A DNA stretch of 39,177 nt, taken from positions 1 to 39,177 of IMG/VR virus record IMGVR_UViG_3300032212_000063; one strand, 5' to 3'. This DNA comes from a virus. Taxonomy: Duplodnaviria; Caudoviricetes. The position numbers and the translations under genes are program-made. The notes beneath the pieces are model-generated. The model was given only the letters and a program-made list of their open reading frames with translations. It did no database searches and was not told where the DNA came from. Positions 16,170-26,359 of the stretch are shown in pieces; position 1 is the stretch's first letter, and the number at the start of each line of letters is the position of its first letter.

Positions 16170-16604
16170 TCACGAAACTGTAGCACCTGCTGGAACGATG
16201 CCTGCTGCAACAAGAGCGTCATAAGTGCCTTTTTTCATATCTGCCCGAAGCGAAGGGTTAGCCGTAAGCATAGAGATAATTTCAGGAATGGTTAGCTCAC
16301 GAACGGCAATCTTAGTTACTTCTGTGCCTTTCGTTGCGATATAACTTACAGCAAACTTTTCAGATTTAAGAAAATCACCATTAGAGTTTTTTACTAACGT
16401 GTCGCCCACTTCAATGTTTCCGCTTGCAGGAATAGGTGTGCCGTCCTCTTTGGTTGGGATCATAGGGTCGCCGTTTTCATCGCGAGTGATTTCGCTTTCA
16501 GTATAGTAATGAAAAACACTAACAGGACTGACCGCTAAAATAGTATCGGCCTCAATATCCGCTACTTGCTCGACTACAAATGATGTTGAGTTATTCGCTG
16601 GCAT
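16170..16604 (-). CDS. hypothetical protein (tail-associated position)
   Basis: 144-aa ORF with AAGGAG RBS. Confidence 0.7.
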   Translation of the reverse strand: MPANNSTSFVVEQVADIEADTILAVSPVSVFHYYTESEITRDENGDPMIPTKEDGTPIPASGNIEVGDTLVKNSNGDFLKSEKFAVSYIATKGTEVTKIAVRELTIPEIISMLTANPSLRADMKKGTYDALVAAGIVPAGATVS

Positions 16605-16743
16605 TGTCTTGCTCCTTTTTCTCTAAAGACTTCGCTAGTGTTTGTAAAGCTGTCACGCAGGCCATAAAAGCGGGTATTTCTACTGCTTGTAATTGGGTTC
16701 TTTCTAAAAATTTCAGAGTGTTTTGTATTTGTTCTGTTTTCAT
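16591..16743 (-). CDS. 50-aa protein after tail fibre, possible chaperone (not in ORF track)
   Basis: MKTEQIQNTLKFLERTQLQAVEIPAFMACVTAL...; TAATG overlap with fibre stop. Confidence 0.55.
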   Translation of the reverse strand: MKTEQIQNTLKFLERTQLQAVEIPAFMACVTALQTLAKSLEKKEQDNASE

Positions 16744-18089
16744 TAATTCGCTATCCTTAAAACTTTGTAACCAGTGCCGCCAGAATCGGCTGCCCCTACC
16801 TTCACCCTTTCAAGTGTTGCGTTGTCAACGTCATATATCATTAGTGCTGTATTCCCAGATGTGGCTGTTGCGTCAAGCTGAAATCTTTGTACTGAGGAAA
16901 TATAGAGGCGAAATTGATTCAAGGTTCTTTGGTAGACAAAATAATCTGTTGAGTCATAGACTATATTTGGATTCAATCCATTCATGTACATGCTAAAATT
17001 GGAATCATTGCCAAACTTCACGCCACCAGAGATAGTTTCAACTGCGGGTGTATCGTTATAGTAGTTAGCCACTTTCGGGGTGCTTCCTCCTGCTACAACG
17101 CATGTTTTATTTACCCCAGACGAGTTATCGGCCTTTATTGTTATTAAGCCTGAAGAAGCGTCATTAACAATTGACAAGTCTCCCGAAGATAATGTGATTG
17201 AAGGGCTTGCCTTGTCTAAAATCATGTCGCCGCTAACAGTGGTATTGCCATCAATAATCGCGTTACCGTCTACCCGCAGATTATCTGCGCCATCATCTGT
17301 TAATGAGCTACCTATACAAACACCGCCACTACCGCCACCAATACTCATAGCTGTAGTGTTGAATCCACCGTAGGCAGGCTTAAACTCGTAGCGTCCTCTA
17401 GTTGCACCTGCTGTATCGAGTGTTGCGGTTAAAGTAATTGCGCCATAAGGGTCTGTTGCACCAAGGCTGTCTTTACCGTATTGATAGTGATCCCAAACAA
17501 TCTCGCCATTACCGTGCGTGTCTGCTCGATAGGTCTTAAACGAAGGATTGCTTGTGGCGTGTGACAAACTAAGCAAATCACCTGCTGTTAGAGTACCAGC
17601 AAAATTCGTGTCACCTGCTACACCACCTGAAAGAGTAGTTGTGCCTGTAAAATCATTATTTGCGCTTGGTTTTGCAACCACACCGTCTGGTATTGCGTCA
17701 TTAGTCGTTAGTGCTGATAGCTCTACAGAAGCCAAAGAACCTGATAGAACGCCAGAGTCTAACGTAACTGTGATTGTGGTATTAGGAGAAGAATAAGAAG
17801 ATGAAGCGATAGTACCGTATAACGTAGTGGCATCAACACACTTAATTCTGCGGTTTACTTCATAGTCTGTCGTTACGTCTGTTGCAATGGTAAATGAGGT
17901 GGTTGACACAAATACAGGTGTGTGACCTCTATCGAACCACTCTGCTTGCTCCCATTGGGTACGGATTGCAGCCATAGTTTCGCGCATTGAATCATTCACG
18001 CCGCTAGGAGGCATACCTTCTGGGAAACCATCTGGCGAGGCTGAATTGTTAGACGCTGCGGTTTTTGACCAATTGCTTATACTGGACAT
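16743..18089 (-). CDS. tail fibre/spike
   Basis: N-terminal WS.TAASN......FPEGM.PSGVNDSMR anchor; G/S/T-rich beta repeats; C-terminal VGAADSGG.G.KVLR. Confidence 0.8.
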   Translation of the reverse strand: MSSISNWSKTAASNNSASPDGFPEGMPPSGVNDSMRETMAAIRTQWEQAEWFDRGHTPVFVSTTSFTIATDVTTDYEVNRRIKCVDATTLYGTIASSSYSSPNTTITVTLDSGVLSGSLASVELSALTTNDAIPDGVVAKPSANNDFTGTTTLSGGVAGDTNFAGTLTAGDLLSLSHATSNPSFKTYRADTHGNGEIVWDHYQYGKDSLGATDPYGAITLTATLDTAGATRGRYEFKPAYGGFNTTAMSIGGGSGGVCIGSSLTDDGADNLRVDGNAIIDGNTTVSGDMILDKASPSITLSSGDLSIVNDASSGLITIKADNSSGVNKTCVVAGGSTPKVANYYNDTPAVETISGGVKFGNDSNFSMYMNGLNPNIVYDSTDYFVYQRTLNQFRLYISSVQRFQLDATATSGNTALMIYDVDNATLERVKVGAADSGGTGYKVLRIAN

Positions 18090-18131
18090 TACGTGCCTCT
18101 TGGGTTATATATTGATAAGGAGGAATTTGTT

Positions 18132-18254
18132 ATGGATTACTTAATTGCTGTTTTGTTGGTTGTGCTGTGTGTCATTTGTTACAAGGTGTTTTTGTTATTA
18201 AGATCAATCAGTGAATCAGTCGATTTTGCTGTATATAAGAACCCTACGGGATAG
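18132..18254 (+). CDS. antisense 40-aa membrane peptide, superinfection-exclusion candidate (not in ORF track)
   Basis: TAAGGAGG RBS; MDYLIAVLLVVLCVICYKVFLLLRSISESVDFAVYKNPTG. Confidence 0.6.
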   Translation: MDYLIAVLLVVLCVICYKVFLLLRSISESVDFAVYKNPTG

Positions 18255-20634
18255 TTAGCTTTTCTGGGGTTACGTCCACGCCCTCTAGCAAAGAATCTAC
18301 CAATAGCGGAACTCCTTTAGGGGATAGCTGCACCCCTTTTCTAGCGCCCGACATAGCCCTAACAACGCCTTTACTCATTAACGCCCTTGCCATAATGCTA
18401 TTAACACTTAACTGGTGAACACCTGCTATAAATGTAGAAGGGTGCTTTAAGTTTGTGATTGCTTGTGCCGCTTGTAGCGATACGCCTGCATCTTTCTGAG
18501 CGCCAAAAATTAACTTAGAGTATGCTTCAAGCCCTTTTAGCTTGATCTTGTCTTGCTTGTTAAGTATTGATTCCCATACCCCCGCTTTTTCGTACTCCCT
18601 AATAGCCTGTGATAATGCTTTATGGTTAACGCTAGGAAGCCCGTTATCTGAGTAGGACATAGAGCGTTCAATAATATCCTCAAATATGCCACCTCTTAAT
18701 AGATCGTGGCCTTTGCTGCCCTGACCGCCGTACTGTGACAATAGTTTTTGATAATCTGCTTTTGATGAAACATTATTTAATAAGATCTGTTTAACCGTGT
18801 CTTTTGCTGCTATCTGTAGCTTACCTATCTGACCAAGATTGGATGCGGCTAGGGTATCCAGATCATCTGCTAGTTGGATGAATTTCTTTTGCTGACTCTT
18901 GGGTACAACAAAAGCAAATCCTTCTGGGTCGCCCTTTAACCAACCTTCAATAGCCTTTCTAGCCCCGCCTTCCGATGTGATTATTTTTTGCTGTACTGCT
19001 GCGCGAAATGCAGGAAGTCTTTTTGCAGAGTATTTCTGCATGGTTGTCATAACCTCGTCAGTTAAGCCGCCTGCTACGCCAAACTGGTTAGCGAGTGTCG
19101 CTGGGTTATCAGACTGTATGATTCCGCGAATAGTTGGCTGATCCATTACATCAAATCTTGCTCTCGCCTTAGCTGTTGCTGCGGTAATTGACCTAACGTA
19201 TTGCGGTGCGTTATTGACCGGACTTTTTAGAGTGTCCGATAGGATGCCGTATAGTTTTTTGGCTTGACCGCGATTAAAGTTAGCGTCCCAAGGGTTATTC
19301 TCAATAATATTACCCACGCGGGTTTTTAATTGCTTAACAGCCTCATAGTTAGTTTGAGTTTTCGCAAGACCATCTATTTCGTCTATGATTCCAGCTAGTT
19401 GTCCGTTAGGGGTGTCGGCTACATTTAGGCTCTTTTGTGTAACCTGTGGCAACCCGCTTTCTGTCGCAGAAACAACTTGCTTGCCCTCGCCCATAACAGC
19501 TGTTCTTATCTGTTTTGTTTTCTCTTGTGCTGCTGACAGGTTGAATATTGGCTTTTCAATAGATGCGGCTTGATCTGCTACGTTGTATGAATTGGTGACC
19601 TCTGTGCGACTCTTATTCACAAAGTCTTGCGATATTCCTTTGTGGATCGCGCTGCCGCCCTGTCTTTGGGTGCTAAATGGGTTTGAGTGTAGTAATTTAG
19701 TTCTAGCTGCTGTGTAGGCTTTCTTCGCTATATCATGCACTTTAATTGCTGTAGTGGATGCCGATGATTTAGGAGCAAGATCGTCTAGCGCATTAACCGC
19801 GCCCACTTGTTGCTGTATCAGTCTTTCTTGCCCTGCTTTCGATGTTGATAGGGCTTGTGCGCCAATTCTTGCTGAGATCATATCTTGTGGGCGGTACTGA
19901 TGCCCCATTAAAGGAGGGAGCTTTGCGCCCTCTCTTTGTAGCTTCTCAAAATCATCCAGCATTGCTGACATTTCTGGCGTAACAGACATAGCGCCTTTCT
20001 TACTTACCTTGTTAAACAAACCTATGCCTGCTGGAACGAGCGCGCCAAAACCTGTCCCTACTGCGGTGCTTTTTGTTCTGCTTCCTCCCTCTGGTATGAA
20101 CTGAGTTCCACCTATTGCTGCGCCAGTAAGCATAGGCAAGCCCCATCTACCTAATCCCGTAACAGGGACTTTATTAGGTATCGCCATATAAGGAACGGCA
20201 TTGCCTAGTACGCGGTTATAAGTTGAGCCTACTTTATCGCCGTACACTTCTTCAAATTTATCCCTGCCTTGCTGTGTTTTGCGGGTGTAGTCTAGGGCAG
20301 TACCTTTTTTCTCAAGGCCGACTAATTCTTTTCCTTCTAGGTAGGTCTGTTTCAACCCCTCGCCAACATCAAGCAACCCCCTGTTAAGTGATTTCTGTCC
20401 CGTATGAAGCTGTCTTGTTTGCTCAAGCTCTGAATTAAACTGCCGTTGTTCAGGGGTCGCCTTTTGTCTATTGAATTTTGAATCGAACCCATAAGGATCT
20501 GTAAGGCTTCCTTCTTCTCGAAGCGTTGGGACAGAGCCATCTTCAAACGGATCTGCAAGCACCGTGCCGCCTTTGCGTTTCTTAATGGTTGGCACTTCGT
20601 CCTCAAAAGGATCTGCTAATACATTACCTGCCAT
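18244..20634 (-). CDS. large DNA ejection/internal virion protein
   Basis: 796 aa, A/G/K/Q-rich helical; third of three ejection-type genes. Confidence 0.7.
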   Translation of the reverse strand: MAGNVLADPFEDEVPTIKKRKGGTVLADPFEDGSVPTLREEGSLTDPYGFDSKFNRQKATPEQRQFNSELEQTRQLHTGQKSLNRGLLDVGEGLKQTYLEGKELVGLEKKGTALDYTRKTQQGRDKFEEVYGDKVGSTYNRVLGNAVPYMAIPNKVPVTGLGRWGLPMLTGAAIGGTQFIPEGGSRTKSTAVGTGFGALVPAGIGLFNKVSKKGAMSVTPEMSAMLDDFEKLQREGAKLPPLMGHQYRPQDMISARIGAQALSTSKAGQERLIQQQVGAVNALDDLAPKSSASTTAIKVHDIAKKAYTAARTKLLHSNPFSTQRQGGSAIHKGISQDFVNKSRTEVTNSYNVADQAASIEKPIFNLSAAQEKTKQIRTAVMGEGKQVVSATESGLPQVTQKSLNVADTPNGQLAGIIDEIDGLAKTQTNYEAVKQLKTRVGNIIENNPWDANFNRGQAKKLYGILSDTLKSPVNNAPQYVRSITAATAKARARFDVMDQPTIRGIIQSDNPATLANQFGVAGGLTDEVMTTMQKYSAKRLPAFRAAVQQKIITSEGGARKAIEGWLKGDPEGFAFVVPKSQQKKFIQLADDLDTLAASNLGQIGKLQIAAKDTVKQILLNNVSSKADYQKLLSQYGGQGSKGHDLLRGGIFEDIIERSMSYSDNGLPSVNHKALSQAIREYEKAGVWESILNKQDKIKLKGLEAYSKLIFGAQKDAGVSLQAAQAITNLKHPSTFIAGVHQLSVNSIMARALMSKGVVRAMSGARKGVQLSPKGVPLLVDSLLEGVDVTPEKLTIP

Positions 20635-21895
20635 AATGAGCTTTCCATGTGGCTATAATATCCTCTTGTGATGCGTCAGGATTTTTCTGTAGAAGTTTCT
20701 CAGAGAACTCATTAAAGAACACAGGATCGCCTGATGCTTTATGCTTTCCGACCATAGGAATGTCCTTTATATGTTTAGTCCACGCTCTTTCCGCGCCATC
20801 AAAAGTTCCTTTGTCTGCCCTGAACGCTTGCATGAAGTCTGCTTTTTCTACTTGTCGCTGGTCTGCCGCCATTGAGGCTCGTATTAAGAATATGTTGGAT
20901 TCTTTAGTGCTACCAAGAGAAGCAGATGATTTTTCGATAACCATTCTATCCCCTTCCGAGAGAACGCCCTTCTGGGCTTTCATCTTTGTAAGGATAGCGT
21001 TACTAAACAATCCGCTTAATTCTTCTGCGTTAGACACGTTAATAATTGCATTTGTGTTAATCCCTACGTCCTCTAGGTATTTAACTAATGCGAGTTTTGC
21101 TGGCTCAAATGCGCCAGTGTCGCCAGATTGTAGTTTGTCTAGGGCGAGTCTGGAGTTGTATAATTGCTGACGAGCAACCGTAGCGTCCTCCTTAACCTTG
21201 CCGTAATTTTCTACCAAGAATTTACCGTACTCCTTATCTTCATTCTTCTCTTGATTCCCGACATTAACTGTATTGCCGCTCTTTTGAAGAAGTTTGTGCA
21301 TTTCTTGTTCGTACTCAGGTGTGCCAGCTTTAAAGCCTGCCGCTTGTAGATTTAGCTGCTTGCTGGTTAGCTTAGGCGGTGGCGGTGGAACTGACACGAC
21401 TTTATTGCCTCGTCCATCAAATCTGGTATTACCTAATGTGAACCCTGCTGGCTCTTTAGGCTGGTTCATCAAAGCGATACCTGCTGCTGGGCTGTCTTGC
21501 ATCATCATTAAGCCGAGTTTGGTTTTTTCATCTGCATCAAATCGACCGTCAGACAGGAATCCAGAGCCTTGTTGCAGGAGTTCTGGGGCTGCTGGTGTTC
21601 CATCTTGTTCGGGTGCGCCTACTGATGGCGCGTATTGAGATTCAGATCCAATAGCTTGAGATATTTGTGCTTGACGCTTTCTCTTTGTTTCTCGATCTCG
21701 TTTACGATCTTCTATTTCATCAAGACGCATCTGTAGAACGGTATCGCGGTACTTTTTATCTTCTGCGTATTTTCGTTGCTGTTGCAGAAAACCGAACCCG
21801 TTAGCGAGTCCTGCGCCTACATCTTTACCCTGTGCGCCTGCTTGCAAAAGACCGAGACTAATTTGTGTTAAGGGGCGATCTAGAAATCCACTCAT
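20624..21895 (-). CDS. DNA ejection/internal virion protein
   Basis: N-terminal LGLLQAG..G...G.GLANG, coiled coils, QKGVLSEGD. Confidence 0.7.
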   Translation of the reverse strand: MSGFLDRPLTQISLGLLQAGAQGKDVGAGLANGFGFLQQQRKYAEDKKYRDTVLQMRLDEIEDRKRDRETKRKRQAQISQAIGSESQYAPSVGAPEQDGTPAAPELLQQGSGFLSDGRFDADEKTKLGLMMMQDSPAAGIALMNQPKEPAGFTLGNTRFDGRGNKVVSVPPPPPKLTSKQLNLQAAGFKAGTPEYEQEMHKLLQKSGNTVNVGNQEKNEDKEYGKFLVENYGKVKEDATVARQQLYNSRLALDKLQSGDTGAFEPAKLALVKYLEDVGINTNAIINVSNAEELSGLFSNAILTKMKAQKGVLSEGDRMVIEKSSASLGSTKESNIFLIRASMAADQRQVEKADFMQAFRADKGTFDGAERAWTKHIKDIPMVGKHKASGDPVFFNEFSEKLLQKNPDASQEDIIATWKAHYGR

Positions 21896-22746
21896 GAGAA
21901 CAGCCCTCCAAGCAAGCCGCCAGTCCCGCCACTAAAGACAGACGCGCCTAAACCAAGAATCCCCAAGCCAGTAGACAGAGGGTTGCTCTCTGTGGAAGTT
22001 TGGGTAGTTGTTTCTTGACCCAGACCACCACCAATAAGGCTAGAGTAGTCTTGTAGTTGTTGTAGCTCTTGACCGTATTCGTCTGCGAAGTCAAAACGAT
22101 CTCTAAGCTCGTCAATTTGTTGGTTGGCAAGAGATTGTCTAGCGTCACCAACTGCGGCAAGCTGACTAATATCGTAGTAGTCTTGATTAGCTAAGTTAGG
22201 CGCTGCTTGTGTTGCTCGTAGTTGATTTTGGCGCTCGTTGCGGTAGTTGTCGCCATAGAATTGGCCTGCCGCTTGTCCTGTTTGCTTGGCAATCTCTGAG
22301 GCGTGTAAACCAGATCCATAACGGCCTGCTTGAGAGAATGAAGAATCAACATTGTTGCCAATTTGTTCCCGCACTCTTGAAAACTCTTGATCCAGATAAG
22401 GGTTAGAGCCTAAGTAGTTGCCTGATATGGTGTCGGATAGTTGCTGTTGAGCCTGACCAACTAAAGGAGATCCGTTTAATGCGCGATTAGTCTGTGCCGT
22501 TAAAGCATAGGCTTGTTCTGGCGCAAAGTTGGCAAAAGTTTGTTCTGGGTAATATTCTCGGTAATCGCCGTTATATAGGTTTTGAGCGTTTTCAAATATT
22601 TCGCGGTAATAAGGCTGTTGCTCCGACCAAGGCTCAGATGATTGTGTTTGTGACTCACCGCCACCACCTCCACCCTTCCATTTAAGTCGCGTATCTTCTG
22701 CTTTATGTGCAGGTAAGCCTTGCGTGTCAGAATTGAAAAATCTCAT
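21892..22746 (-). CDS. DNA ejection/pilot protein (P22 gp7-like position)
   Basis: KGGGGGG after short leader, PW..QQPY, Q/A-rich, C-terminal Gly/Leu hydrophobic tail. Confidence 0.7.
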   Translation of the reverse strand: MRFFNSDTQGLPAHKAEDTRLKWKGGGGGGESQTQSSEPWSEQQPYYREIFENAQNLYNGDYREYYPEQTFANFAPEQAYALTAQTNRALNGSPLVGQAQQQLSDTISGNYLGSNPYLDQEFSRVREQIGNNVDSSFSQAGRYGSGLHASEIAKQTGQAAGQFYGDNYRNERQNQLRATQAAPNLANQDYYDISQLAAVGDARQSLANQQIDELRDRFDFADEYGQELQQLQDYSSLIGGGLGQETTTQTSTESNPLSTGLGILGLGASVFSGGTGGLLGGLFS

Positions 22747-23147
22747 TGATCTACCTCTATGTCAAAAAATGCCATATCTTTTTTTGGTTTGAATTTCTTT
22801 ATCCAGCCTTTTCTTCCGTAAATCCTTACGGTTTCACAACCTTTTGCGTCTGCTAGTTTTTTTAGATCTTCCATCACATCTAGCCAGTCTACTTTCCCGT
22901 CTTTACCGCCGCCGAAGCTAGCAACAAGAACTTTTCTCATTGGGTAAATTGATATTTCTGTTATTACAAACCCATCTACGTTGCCAATAAGCCATAACTG
23001 CATACGTGTCTGCTTACAGAAATACTTAATGTGATCTGTGGAGTAGTCTTTTTCTTCTTTTAAAACGCCTCGCATTAAAGACAGGACGCTATGCCATACT
23101 TTGTCTATGTCTGAGGATTGAACGCCTCTAAGACTAGAAAGAGCCAA
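22743..23147 (-). CDS. GNAT-like tail/head assembly protein
   Basis: QLWL...TEI..YP, A..KGC......GRKGW.K. Confidence 0.65.
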   Translation of the reverse strand: MALSSLRGVQSSDIDKVWHSVLSLMRGVLKEEKDYSTDHIKYFCKQTRMQLWLIGNVDGFVITEISIYPMRKVLVASFGGGKDGKVDWLDVMEDLKKLADAKGCETVRIYGRKGWIKKFKPKKDMAFFDIEVDQ

Positions 23148-23682
23148 ATGGATTTCCGTTAGAAGGTGTCTTGCCGTTTCCGTACAGTGGATTTGCGTAT
23201 GCGTTTTGGAAATTGAATCCGTAATACTGATTAGGATTAACGTCTTTGTTTAAGATGTTTGAAATACCTTGATACAAAGGAGACTCAAACGGGTTAGTGC
23301 CTATTTGTTGTGCAGAAGGGCTGACTAAACCTGTGTCTGGGTTCTCTCCTGTATTGATAAAGCCTGCGGGTAAAGGCGCTTCAAAAGGGTTTTCCGGTTC
23401 TGATATTGGGGCTTGTGGGGCTTGTGGGGCGGCTTGTCCTGTATAGTAATATTTTTCATCTGGGTTGTTTAACCCGTGACTTATGAAGTCGCTTAAAACA
23501 GTTTCTTTGCCTCGCAGTTCTTCTCTAGCTGAATAAGCATCCCACCGCTCCCTAGCTAATGCCTCTGCCCTGTCTCGGTTTATTTGCCCATTGCCGCCCC
23601 CATGACTGAACGCATCATAATTGTTATCAAGAAAAAAACTTTGTCCTCGACTATCTGTAAAAAGAGCTTCGTTGTTATTCAT
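23134..23682 (-). CDS. hypothetical virion-region protein
   Basis: 182 aa with NPF repeats; coupled to neighbours. Confidence 0.65.
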   Translation of the reverse strand: MNNNEALFTDSRGQSFFLDNNYDAFSHGGGNGQINRDRAEALARERWDAYSAREELRGKETVLSDFISHGLNNPDEKYYYTGQAAPQAPQAPISEPENPFEAPLPAGFINTGENPDTGLVSPSAQQIGTNPFESPLYQGISNILNKDVNPNQYYGFNFQNAYANPLYGNGKTPSNGNPFGSF

Positions 23683-23999
23683 CCTGCCACCATGTAGTTA
23701 AATGTGCGGTCTGTTGTAGCCGCGTTAGCGTGAGTAATTGTGAATTGTTCGTCGCCTGCAACAATGTAAGGTGTTTCTGCTGCGGCATTAGAGGTTGTTG
23801 CTGTTAAGAATATGGATGAATCAGGGGATACAATCATATTACTAACAACGGTTGTCGTTACGTTTTCTGTTAATGTGACTTCGCCCGTGTTGTTTGTCTT
23901 GCCGTCCATAATGGAGTTAATAACGCCTGCAAGTTGGCGAAGGTGTAAAGCTAAAGATTGGGCGTGTACGGGGGCTTTATCGAAGGTAGACTTACTCAC
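23679..23999 (-). CDS. small tail structural protein
   Basis: IN....GKTNNTGEVTL, FTITHAN..TTDRTF.Y. Confidence 0.65.
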   Translation of the reverse strand: MSKSTFDKAPVHAQSLALHLRQLAGVINSIMDGKTNNTGEVTLTENVTTTVVSNMIVSPDSSIFLTATTSNAAAETPYIVAGDEQFTITHANAATTDRTFNYMVAG

Positions 24000-25453
24000 C
24001 GTTTGCCCTGTGGAACGATAGTTGGCTCAACACCTTGAGCATGATTAAATCCACCCGTTATATTGACTCTCGCTCTGTGGTATCTTGAGCTAGATCGTAT
24101 ATTAGCTTCACCTATTGAATTTAGTGCCGTGTCTGCACTCCAAGTAACTGAGTCGGCTTGATTCTCTCTTGCGCCTAGTTGAACGGTAGCCGTACCGTCT
24201 GTGATAGGTCTTAGTGAGGTGATAACTGCTCTTGCGTTATCTACTGGTTGAGCTTCTGTTGTTTCTAGTGTTGCGTCTAAAGCTGAACCTGTGAAATCAC
24301 ATAGCTTGTTGTCTGCGTTAAAGCACCCTAGTACGGATGATGTGCCAGTCCATGCGCGTGAGTCTAATGAATGGTTTAGATCATCTAGTGATGTGCTTAC
24401 GTTATCGAGTGAATCTAATGTGTAGCCTTGTGGCGAATAGTTAAATAAGTATTCAGTGTCTATTTCTGCTGTTGACCATTTACCAGTAGTCCAGTTGTAA
24501 ATCATTAATTTATTAGGTCTACCGTCTGTGTTACCTGCGCCTGCGTAAGACCAATATACCAATGTCTGTGTTGTGTCTACTGCTGCTGATACTCTGTCGT
24601 AATATGTTTCATCTAAATCAGCAAAGAAAGTATCATCCACTTTATTTGTGCCGATAGGGGTTGACCTAACGCCATTCTCCATCTTGTAAAAACCATCAAT
24701 ACCTAAATAAAAGATGGTGTCACCAAAACGTGTTACTGAATTAGGTGCTGGTGTTCCTCTGTTTGGCTCTACTTCGTCAAACTGAAATACGGCTGGCGAT
24801 CCAATATAGGTCATTCGCCAAATAGCCCGCTCTTGAAAGACTACCCCATACTCCCCACCGACTATTTTTTGAACCCATCCACCATTACCTTGTAGGTCTT
24901 GGTAATCAGATTGAGTGGCGGCAGATACAGCCCATGTTTCAGAGTTGTTAATACCCGACCACCTTACGCGATTTGGTACATTTCCATCTGTTGCGTCATA
25001 GGTGTTGCCAACTACAACAAAGTCTCGTATTACGTTAATGTGTCGTGCTTTTGGGGGTGTGCCGCCTAAGTCCGCGAAAGTGGTATCACCTACTGTGATA
25101 ACCTGTATATCATCACTAAAGTTAGTAGCGATAACAGTATTCCCCCACTTGGCAAACTCCCAGAGTTCATCTGTGCTTGTGGTGTACCCGCCCGACTTTG
25201 AGTAGTCGTTGAAATCCATTATTTCAAGGCCGTATAATTTTGTTGCATCACCCACATAAGCCTGACTGTTACCTATAGTGTCTCTTAAAGAAATGCCGCC
25301 CCTTGCTCTTGCGTCAATAGCGCCAGAGAGAGGGTTTAATCCCTTCATCTGCCCGTAACTGGAGATAAGCGGAACAACATTCTTTGCTACGGTTGCGCCC
25401 TGATTTTGAAAGTCAGGAAGGTCGGGTAGGTATTCACCGAAAGGTAAGATCAT
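23996..25453 (-). CDS. tail tube/nozzle (head stabilisation) protein
   Basis: PFGEYLPD.P, beta-propeller-like sequence, RVRWSG, SRYHRARV; follows adaptor. Confidence 0.75.
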   Translation of the reverse strand: MILPFGEYLPDLPDFQNQGATVAKNVVPLISSYGQMKGLNPLSGAIDARARGGISLRDTIGNSQAYVGDATKLYGLEIMDFNDYSKSGGYTTSTDELWEFAKWGNTVIATNFSDDIQVITVGDTTFADLGGTPPKARHINVIRDFVVVGNTYDATDGNVPNRVRWSGINNSETWAVSAATQSDYQDLQGNGGWVQKIVGGEYGVVFQERAIWRMTYIGSPAVFQFDEVEPNRGTPAPNSVTRFGDTIFYLGIDGFYKMENGVRSTPIGTNKVDDTFFADLDETYYDRVSAAVDTTQTLVYWSYAGAGNTDGRPNKLMIYNWTTGKWSTAEIDTEYLFNYSPQGYTLDSLDNVSTSLDDLNHSLDSRAWTGTSSVLGCFNADNKLCDFTGSALDATLETTEAQPVDNARAVITSLRPITDGTATVQLGARENQADSVTWSADTALNSIGEANIRSSSRYHRARVNITGGFNHAQGVEPTIVPQGKR

Positions 25454-26067
25454 GGGTTATTAACGTCCGTTCTTACTTGCAGGGTTGCGCCAGAGTGTTC
25501 TCCATCACTGTCTTGATTGTTTAGGTCGTTAACAACCTGTTCAGCATAGCTTTTCCATAATGCGATACGAGGATCGTTCATAATGAAAGTCTCTGCGGGA
25601 AAACAACAAGCCGCTAAATACAAATCAGGATGATTCGTCAAAAGCCAGTTCGTTGTGTTCGAGTCGTCTAGCGCATTAAAGGCTTTGTAATATAGAATCT
25701 TGCCTGTGTAGGTTGTGTCTGGAGAAGGCGCGAAAAGAATATTGTTACCTTCAATGGTAAATATCTTTGGTTTACCTGTTTCAGATCCAGCATACACGTT
25801 ATGAAACTGCTCAGGTGTCATGTAATCTAGTTTTGATTTCGTGCTACCGTCTATATAAATCCTACGCGCCCTAATTAGACCTGTAGGCTCTGCTATCGAT
25901 CCTGAGTCAATCGTTAGGTCTGAGGTAGTCTGCATTGCTCGAAGTCGTAGCTTACGGTTAAGCCATGCCTCACCAAAATCAATGAAGGTATCGACATAAG
26001 AGGTTAGATCAGATCGAGCTAACCAATCACCGATTTCAGTTTTAAGTGATGTGTAATCAGTTGCCAT
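25450..26067 (-). CDS. head-tail adaptor (tail tubular protein A-like)
   Basis: Y..LK..I.DWL.RSDLT, NRKLR.R.M, P.PD..Y, TNWLL..HPDLYL. Confidence 0.8.
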   Translation of the reverse strand: MATDYTSLKTEIGDWLARSDLTSYVDTFIDFGEAWLNRKLRLRAMQTTSDLTIDSGSIAEPTGLIRARRIYIDGSTKSKLDYMTPEQFHNVYAGSETGKPKIFTIEGNNILFAPSPDTTYTGKILYYKAFNALDDSNTTNWLLTNHPDLYLAACCFPAETFIMNDPRIALWKSYAEQVVNDLNNQDSDGEHSGATLQVRTDVNNP

Positions 26068-26359
26068 TACCTATCTTCCCTTCAAAGACCCTGAAATTTG
26101 CGTAGTCAGGGTTATTCATAATTCGGTGTATGTGTTCGTTGTTGTTTAGAAATTCATGGTAAGAAACACCGTTTACCTTGCAGTATTCTTTCCACACAAC
26201 GGCGGGAATAGTGCCGACGAAATACCCCAGAGAGGTATTCCCCCGACCATCCCATTGCTGTTTAACTTGCTTGATATTGTCTACAACGGGTTCTAAATCT
26301 TCTTCATGTCTTACATAAAGCCGATCTTCGGATTCGTCATAGTGATATTTTTCTGTCAC
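26057..26359 (-). CDS. conserved hypothetical protein of podovirus head module
   Basis: VGTIP.VV, MNNPDY..FR...GKI. Confidence 0.7.
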   Translation of the reverse strand: MTEKYHYDESEDRLYVRHEEDLEPVVDNIKQVKQQWDGRGNTSLGYFVGTIPAVVWKEYCKVNGVSYHEFLNNNEHIHRIMNNPDYANFRVFEGKIGNGN

